A DNA stretch of 64,000 nucleotides from Octopus sinensis. Its lineage: Eukaryota. Below, piece after piece: positions 55,670-64,000 of this stretch (its first letter is position 1; each line of letters starts with the position of its first letter). The notes under the pieces are model-generated. The model was not told the DNA's origin. It ran no database searches and was given only the letters and a program-made list of their open reading frames with translations. The translations under genes and the position numbers were made by a program. The stretch spans positions 39,804,001-39,868,000 of the forward strand of contig NC_043013.1 in assembly GCF_006345805.1 (NCBI RefSeq). The letters are read 5' to 3'.

Positions 55670-56720
55670 GGATATGATGCTGATGATGATGATGAGGAGG
55701 AGGATGCGGAACTTGGTGGTGGTGGTGGTGGTGGTGGTGGTGATACTTGTGGTTATGAATTTGGTGGTGGTGTTGGTGGCGTTGATTGTGGTGGTGTAAT
55801 GGTAGTAGTTGCACCAGCTCTGAGAGGTTTTGTATGGTTATCGTTGCAGTGTTGGCATAGGTGGCTTGTTGGTTTATCTCTTGCTTGGGGCCGATGGTTG
55901 TAATATTTTTGTTGTCGGTGGTGGTGGTGGTGGTGGTTGTGGTGGTGGTGGTGATACTTGTGGTTATGAATTTGGTGGTGGTGTTGGTGGCGTGATTGTG
56001 GTGGTGTAATGGTAGTAGTTGCACCAGCTCTGAGAGGTTTTGTATGGTTATCGTTGCAGTGTTGGCATAGGTGGCTTGGTGGTTTATCTCTTGCTTGGGG
56101 CCGATGGTTGTAATATTTTTGTTGTCGGTGGTGGTGGTGGTGGTGGTGGTCGTCGTCGTCGTCATCGTCGTCGTAATGGTGCTGGTGGTGGTGATAATGG
56201 TGCTGTTGAAGGTGGTTGTGGTTGTGATGGTACTTGTGGTGCAATAATGGTGGTGGTGCAATAATGGTGATGGTGGTTGTGGTGGCGGTATTTCTGTTGC
56301 CGCTGCTGTTACTGCTGCTGCCGCTAAGTGGTTCTGGTGGTAGTGCTGGGGTTGTTGGAGGAGCTGGTTGTGGTTGCGGTTGCGGTGGTGGTGGTGGTGG
56401 TGGTACTGGTTGTTATTGATGTTGTTGCTGATGGAGGTGGGGTGGCGGTGCTGGTGCTGGTGCTGGTGGCGATCGTAGTGCTGGTAGAGCTGATGGTGGC
56501 GGTGCTGATGGTGGTGTTGGTGAGGGTGGTGGGGGTTGTGGTGGTGGTGGTGGTTGTGGTGGTGGTGGTTGTGATGGTGGTGGTGATGTTTATCTGACAA
56601 CATGTCTGGTGTTGTTGAGTCATCTGCTATCTTATATTCATCAGGTTTCATCAGACGCAGACTAGAATAAAGCTAAAATAGATACGACAATAACAACAAC
56701 AACAACAGCAACAACAACAA
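55670..56720. repeat. (GGT/GAT/GCT)n low-complexity tract with an internal 211-bp tandem duplication
   Basis: The unit TGATACTTGTGGTTATGAATTTGG... recurs at 55741 and 55952. Confidence 0.9.
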
Positions 56721-57537
56721 CAACAAAATCTTGGCCAACAACGACAACAACAATTTCAAGATCAGCAGTATTTTCAATATCCAATCTTTCCTTCTTTTCC
56801 TTTCTTCCAAAACAGAAAATAGAAGTAAATAATAATAATAAAATACAGTCCATTTCTATAGGCGGTAGGAACATTGTATAACCTGACGAGTGTTTCGTTG
56901 ACATTCGAATCTATGTTCACCTCACGGACTGTTAACATTTCCACTCGCAGCGTCCTTTTTCCCGGAATTAGAAAATATTTATGAGAAGGAAAAGTAACTT
57001 CTTCTCATGGAAAAAAAAGTATTTCTGTTTCTACTCAGCGTGAAACAAACTAAACGGCTTATCAGTGTTTCAACGAAATACAGAAATAGGGAAAGTATCA
57101 TGATAGCTATTTGACTTTGATGCGCATGTCGAGGGTTGGGGTGGATTGAGAGAAAAGAGAGGGATAGACGCTGCATCAACTATGGTAGTGTATAATTAGA
57201 AATTAGGTGTACCTTACGTTGCTTATTGATGAACCGCTGTGTGGTGAAACAAGAAACGGACTCAAAGAAGAGATAGAGAAAACGCTGTCCGCCATTGTAA
57301 TATACGGTAAACAAACAAATAGTGTCAACTGGAAATGTATCGAGTCTCGTTAATATAACAACTTACTTTTAGTGAATCCCAATATCTTGGAACAAAGAGA
57401 GAGAGAGAGAGAGAGAGGGGGGAGTAAGAATGAGAGAGAAAGAGAGCGAGAGAGGGAGATGTATCAATCATCATGATTTGTTATCTAACCCACATGAGGT
57501 CAAATTTCAACGCGAAATTAAATTAATCCTTTCTACT

Positions 57538-58479
57538 ATAGGCACAAGGCCTGAAATTGTGGTGCAGGGTGACATGTCAATTAGATCGACCCAGTACGCA
57601 CTGGTACTTTATTTATCGACCCAGCAAAGGATGAAAAGTAAAGTGGACCTCGGTGGAATTTGAACCCAGAACGTAGCGCCGGGCGAAATACTTTTTCTAC
57701 TCTTGGCACAAAGCCCGAAATTTTCGGAGAGGGGACCAGTCGATTAGATCGACCCGAGTACGTAACGGGTCCTTAATTTATCCACCCCGAAAAGATGCAA
57801 GGCAAAGTCGACCTCGGCGGAATTTGAACTCAGAACGTAGCGACGGGCGAAATACCTATTTCTTTACTACCCACAAGGGGCTAAACACAGAGAGGACAAA
57901 CAAGGACAGACAAACGGATTAAGTCGATTATATTGACCGCAGTGCGTAACTGGTACTTAATTTATCGACTCCGAAAAGATGCAAGGCAAAGTCGACCTCG
58001 GCGGAATTTGAACTCAGAACGTAACGGCAGACGAAATACGGCTACGCATTTCGCCCTGCGTGCTAACGTTTCTGCCTGTGAATATAGCAAATCAAAACAA
58101 ACCCACAAAACACATTACTAAACGTAGTGACGGGCGAAATACCTATTTCTTTACTGCCAACAAGGAGCTAAACGCAGAGAGGACAAACAAGGACAGACAA
58201 ACGGATTAAGTCGATTATATTGACCGCAGTGCGTAACTGGTACTTAATTTATCGACCTCGAAAAGATGCAAGGCAAAGTCGACCTCGGCGGAATTTGAAC
58301 TCAGAACGTAACGGCAGACGAAATACGGCTACGCATTTCGCCCTGCGTGCTAACGTTTCTGCCTGTGAATATAGCAAATCAAAACAAACCCACAAAACGC
58401 ATTACTAAACGTAGTGACGGGCGAAATACCGCTAAGCATTTCGTCCAGCGTGCTAACGATTCCGCCAGCTCACCGCCTT
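57538..58479 (-). mobile_element. SINE family A nest with a 287-bp tandem duplication
   Basis: Identical 62-aa spurious ORFs at 57933 and 58220. The GAAATAC junction recurs at 57855, 58142 and 58429. Confidence 0.9.
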
Positions 58480-58691
58480 AAAGCGAGAATAAATTAATAG
58501 CATGATGGCGGGAATTTATCTTTCCACAAGCGATATAAACAAGGGAGTATTTTGCACTAAATGCCTATTTGAGAATTTCTCTCACGCTATCTACCACAGT
58601 ATAGTTTGTTCTAACTGAACATCATTGTTAAGTGAAGATAAATAATATCTCTCAGTGTTACAGTTGCCTCTGTTTCTAATATATATATATA

Positions 58692-59089
58692 GGCGCAGGA
58701 GTGGCTGTGTGGTAAGTAGCTTGTTTACCAACCACATGGTTCCGGGTTCAGTCCCACTGCGTGGCATCTTGGGCAAGTGTCTTCTACTATAGTCTCGGGC
58801 CGACTAAAGCCTTGTGAGTGGATTTGGTAGACGGAAACTGAAGGAAGCCCGTCGTATATATGTATGTATATATGTGTGTTTGTGTGTGTGTGTTTGTCCC
58901 CCTAGCATTGCTTGACAACCGTTGCTGGTGTGTTTATGTCCCCGTTACTTAGCAGTTCGGCAAAAGAGACCGATAGAATAAGTACTGGGCTTACAAAAGA
59001 ATAAGTCCCGGGGTCGATTTGCTCGATTAAAGGCGGTGCTCCAGCATGGCCGCAGTCAAATGACTGAAACAAGTAAAAGAGTAAAAGAG
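58692..59089 (+). mobile_element. Full-length tRNA-derived SINE, family B
   Basis: A-box-like TGGCTGTGTGGTAAG, B-box-like GGTTCAGTCCC, internal (TA)/(TG) tract, and tail AAGTAAAAGAGTAAAAGAG. Confidence 0.92.
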
Positions 59090-59158
59090 TATATATCTTC
59101 TATTAATACAATTGGCCGAATGCCTCCTCTTCCTAACTACGTCTGTCACTCTCTCTCG

Positions 59159-59193
<35 letters not shown>

Positions 59194-59371
59194 TCCGCAC
59201 TCGTCCTCTTTTTCTTTCTCCGTCCGTCACCCTGACTTGCGCATTAACGTTAAATAGCTGCAATGGTACTATAATACTTCCATTAATTTTGTATTTGTTG
59301 AAAACAGACATGAGGTTTACTGAGCTGAATACTGGAAAGAAAGTGTACATTATAGGTTTATAAATGTCCTT

Positions 59372-59426
<55 letters not shown>

Positions 59427-59427
59427 T

Positions 59428-59463
<36 letters not shown>

Positions 59464-59662
59464 CGTGTGTGTGTGCGCGCGAGTGTATGTGTAGATTGTT
59501 CGAAGTGGTGTACAGATTTTATACATATTAAGAAAAAGGAGGTAGTCAGAATTTTGAATAATGATTTAATTAGCGCTTTCATCTCGTTTCAAATCCTAAC
59601 GAATCTCTGAAAGGAGATGACAGCGCTAAGTAAATAATTACCCGAAATTCTGACTACCTGTA

Positions 59663-59693
<31 letters not shown>

Positions 59694-59769
59694 TATATAT
59701 ATATATTATATATATATATATATATTTTTAATCCAAAAGGGAAACAAAAAAACAACAACGACAGGAACA

Positions 59770-60000
59770 ATTACAGTATTATTATAATAGGCGCTCAGGA
59801 GATGGAAGCAGGGAGGTATGACGTTTCGAGCGGAGCTCTTCTCGGGGGAAACATAAAGAAGGAAGAGAGAGGAAAGAAAGATCCCAGAGCGGCAACCGGG
59901 AAAGAGAAAAAAGACGACTGGTGTTACGAGTTGGCCATGGTGAAAGGCGGATGTTGACGATAACAAGGGCAAAGTGGGTTTTTAAAGGCAAAAGAGTGGA
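59770..60000 (-). mobile_element. Diverged relative of the PLE 3' repeat with a relic HHR
   Basis: Minus strand GAAGAGC(TCC)GCTCGAAACGTC and CCTGAGCGCC..TAATAC..AATTGTTC are shared with 5020-5095. Confidence 0.55.
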
Positions 60001-61365
60001 GACAGGTGGTAACCCAACAGATGTGTGTGTATGTGTGAGTGTTGCATGTGCGTGTGTGTATGTGTGTGTGTGAGGCGAGATGAAAAAACAAAAAAATATA
60101 TGTGGGTGTTAGTGTGTGCGTCTGTGTGTAGGCGTGTGAGGTAGGGCGAGACTGGTGGTCAGCTAGCAGACGAGGTCAGTACTAAGAAAAAGAAGGAAGG
60201 AAGAAGGGAGGTCAATAGTAAGAAAAAGAAGGAAGGAGGAAGGGAGGGAGGGGAAGGGGTGGGGGCGTATGTAGCGTGCCAGCGTGTTTGAGTAGTAGTT
60301 GTGTGTGTGTGTCAGTGTCGTGGTGGTATTAATGAGTAGATTGAATGTGTGTAAGAGTGATGTATATATATAGGCAAGGTGTGTATATGTGCGCGTGTGT
60401 GTAACGAAAAAGGGGGGGGTTAAGAGAAAGGACTCCAGCTGAGGGGAAGATGGAGAGTGGTACCGCGGAGACAGGCGTGGGAAACCCAACGACACGCGAC
60501 GGTCCCAGGAACCTATTCTTTTATTTATTTCAGTCACTTGACTGCGGCCATGCTGGAGCAGCCTTTTACTATTTATTCAATGATAAACACATTCATTGTA
60601 TTCAACTAATCCATTTAAATGCATTTATCATAAGTAATTAACCAAAAACGTACTAAACATCTACCCCGAATTTTTACACAAATACCGGTGAGTTTATTCT
60701 CTATTCACAATGTAATTAACCCCTTTCCTTCTACTGGGTAGGCATGAAAGAGAGAGAATCGGGAAAACAAAAGTCACGGGGTCAGAAAGAGGATTAGCGA
60801 AAGGTCAAGTTTAGAAAGGCAGAAGGGGAGGGAGATTAAGATATACAGGGTGTTCAAAAAGTTTCTCCGCGATGAATTTTTTTTTCTCTAGGATGTATTT
60901 CAAAACAACTTCTTTATTATTTATTTTTCTATTTGAATGAATGCAAAATTCGTCAACAGCATGCAAAGCTACATTTTTTTTAAAAAGTATTTGGTGAAAA
61001 TCTGAAGAATTTTAAGTGATCTGGAAACAATTTAATGCGATATTTTAATAGTAACATTATGATAAAGTACGTGTTAGCCACAATCACAACGAGAATAATT
61101 ATAATAATCCTTTCTACTAAAGGCACAAGGCCTGAAATTTGGTGGGAGAGGTCTAGTCGATTTCATCGACCCCGGTGTTTCATTGCTATTTAATGTATCG
61201 ACCCTGAAAGGAAGACAGGCAAAGGTGACCTCGGTGATATTTGATATCAGAACGTAAAGACGGACGAAATGCCGCTAAACATTTTGCCCGGCGTGCTGAC
61301 GATTCTGCCAGCTCGCCATCTTAATAATACTACTACTACTACTAATAATAATAATAATAATAATA

Positions 61366-61431
<66 letters not shown>

Positions 61432-61432
<1 letters not shown>

Positions 61433-62572
61433 TATGTTTGACTTTTGCTTTATGTCTGTACAAGTTGGCTCCAAGTCTCACCCAGAGACCTCAAGAGACA
61501 ACAGGTTGGACGTTCACGTTGTTGTTATGCCTAGTGTGCCATATATTTGGGGTTTTTTTGGTGTTGTACTAGTGAATGTCTAATAAATAAATTAGAAAAA
61601 AAAAGTTTGTTTTAAACATTGGGATTATATAGAAAGTATTTTGCGTAGGATATGAGCAGTTCCCATGAGCACTATCTTTTGAATTTCTGCCATTTGGGGG
61701 TTTCCTGGTATCTGAGTTAGGTAGCAATCAGCCCCTTCCGCTATCATTCCCAGGGCACCTATGACAACAGGTATTGTTTTAGTCTTCAGGTTCCACATTT
61801 TGCTGATTTCTATTTCAAGATCTTTATATTTGCTCAGTTTTTGGTAGGTCCTGACAGATACGTTTATATCGATTGGGACAGTCATATCAATGAGGAGGCA
61901 TGTTCTTTGTCTGGAGTCTTTCAATATGATGTCTGGCCTATTTGCATTTATCTTTCTGTCAGTTTGAATGGTGAAGTTCCAGAGGAGTGAGATGTGGTCA
62001 TTTTCAAGCACTGGAGGTGGATTGTGTTCCCACCGGTTTTTTTCATGGGGCAAATCCAGGTTTTTGCAAATTACCCAGAGAATATATTGTGCAGCTCTAT
62101 CATGCCTGTTGAGGTACTCTGTAGGCGCTAGAAGACTGCATTTGGAGACAACATGATCAATGGTTTCATTTTGTTGTCGGCATACACGACATGTTGGGCT
62201 ACTGCCGTTCTTTAATATGTTGGCCTGATAGTTTCTTGTTGGTAGGCATTGATCTTGAGCTGCTATGATAAACCCTTCTGTTTCAGATTTTAAGCCAGAG
62301 GCCATTAGCCATTGATGGGTCAGGGCTTTGTCAATATCTGCATTATTCGCTCTCTTTGGCTATTTGCCATAGAGAAGTTTTTCTTGCCATTTATTATTCA
62401 GAGTATCTAAGGCCGCAGTTTTGGCACGGGTTTTCATTCGCCTAGCTTTTTCTGTGCTTGTTTCTTGTATGTCTATCTCTAATTCCGAAATTTGTTGTAT
62501 TCGGAATTCACTTAGATATTCCTTTGCCGGTTTTGTTACTGAGTATGATGCTTTCTTGTTTTCATGTTTTGA
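61432..62572 (-). mobile_element. R4/Dong-clade LINE 3' fragment with an uninterrupted 226-aa CCHC/RLE C-terminus
   Basis: ORF 61625..62305: CRVC...ETIDHV...C, RHD, NRPDI, IDMTVP, KYKDL, PVVIGALG. (ATT)n on both sides. Confidence 0.95.
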
Positions 62573-63133
<561 letters not shown>

Positions 63134-63229
63134 TTGTCCATAAGGGCCGAACACAAAACAAATAGCGACAATACATCACAAGGGACAAATAAAGTTTGGA
63201 ACAATATCGAGTACACAATAAATAACAAA

Positions 63230-63945
63230 AACAACAATACAATTAAACAATAAAATTTCCAAAAAGAGGGGAGTTCTTCACAGGGACGACTGCAAAACCT
63301 AACACATCCTGGTTACACCAACTGCTATGTGCACTTCAGCAGGCCCGTCTCTGTGAGGCAAAACCTCCCTCTCTATCCTCACTTTCTTTCTCAAGTAAAA
63401 CCTGAAAAAGTTGATCAATGTCTTGGTCAAAGAGGAAAGTTTCTGTCTTTAGTCCTTTCAATCTCATCCACTGCACTACCTCATTCGCCGTAACCACCAG
63501 ACAGGAAAACTCCCTTTCCTTCCCGGCTAAAGGAAAGGGACGGGGCTATCTTCACGAAGGACTCGGTTGATAACCGGATCCGTTCTACTCGCGACAACAG
63601 CTGTTCGACAAAGCCCCACAAGTCAGTAATGCACGGACACTGGACGAATGCATGCAGCAGGGTTTGGTTGCCCTGCGCACACCTCTGATAGGTCTGTCTG
63701 ATAGCACTTCCGCGTCTGTAGAGCTTGTCTTGAACCAGCAGAACTCCCTGGTATCACTGCCAGGCCAGAGATTTCTGGAAGTTACCCATAGGCCCTGGCC
63801 CAAAAGCCCTCTCGAAAAGACCAGTTAATTGATACCTCCCGAGGACATCGTAGTTCTTTCCCATCATAAATCCTCTATAGAACTCCATAGTGGAACTGCC
63901 ACCGGTCACGTTGCCTGGCTGGCAGAAAGCAGTGAGCGCAATTTT
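63230..63945 (-). mobile_element. L1/Tx1-clade LINE ORF2 C-terminal fragment
   Basis: QKSLAWQ and RC..GNQTLLHAFVQCP.I.DLWGFVEQLL (zf-RVT-like), with stops. Confidence 0.75.
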
Positions 63946-64000
63946 AATAATGATGATGATGATGATGATGATGATGACATTATAACGAAACAAAATTATT

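Noticed and set aside
56882-56915. CTGACGAGTGT...ACATTCGAATC HHR-like string
   Set aside because: GAAA is broken (GAAT), with no stem III or stem I.
60846-60870. Tc1-like TIR start TA-CAGGGTGTTCAAAAAGTT
   Set aside because: No partner TIR or transposase remnant was found nearby.

Overview
AT-rich eukaryotic window dominated by microsatellites and transposon relics. The SINE and microsatellite repertoire resembles an octopus/cephalopod genome (inferred from pattern recall, not a database search). I found no intact host gene. Contents: a 5'-truncated Penelope-like element (PLE; RT + GIY-YIG); about seven R4/Dong-clade LINE fragments, most bordered by (AAT)n; CR1, L1/Tx1 and HERO-like LINE fragments; two decayed maT/DD37D-type transposases; four Tc1/mariner MITEs; a non-autonomous Helitron; two abundant tRNA-derived SINE families; and an intron-less TRMT10A-like pseudogene. 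The most notable signal is three distinct families of type I hammerhead ribozyme (HHR) motifs, all in or beside (TA)n tracts. (1) A retrozyme-like tandem array of ~430-bp monomers (29751-30633, minus strand) with a canonical HHR core in each monomer and a 37-38 bp flanking direct repeat. (2) A minimal, variant-core HHR in the PLE 3' repeat, with a near-identical solo copy at 19151-19365. (3) A long-stem-II HHR family (35578-35638 and 54940-55000) with a compensatory base-pair change. All folds were read by eye, none was computed, and some boundaries are approximate.
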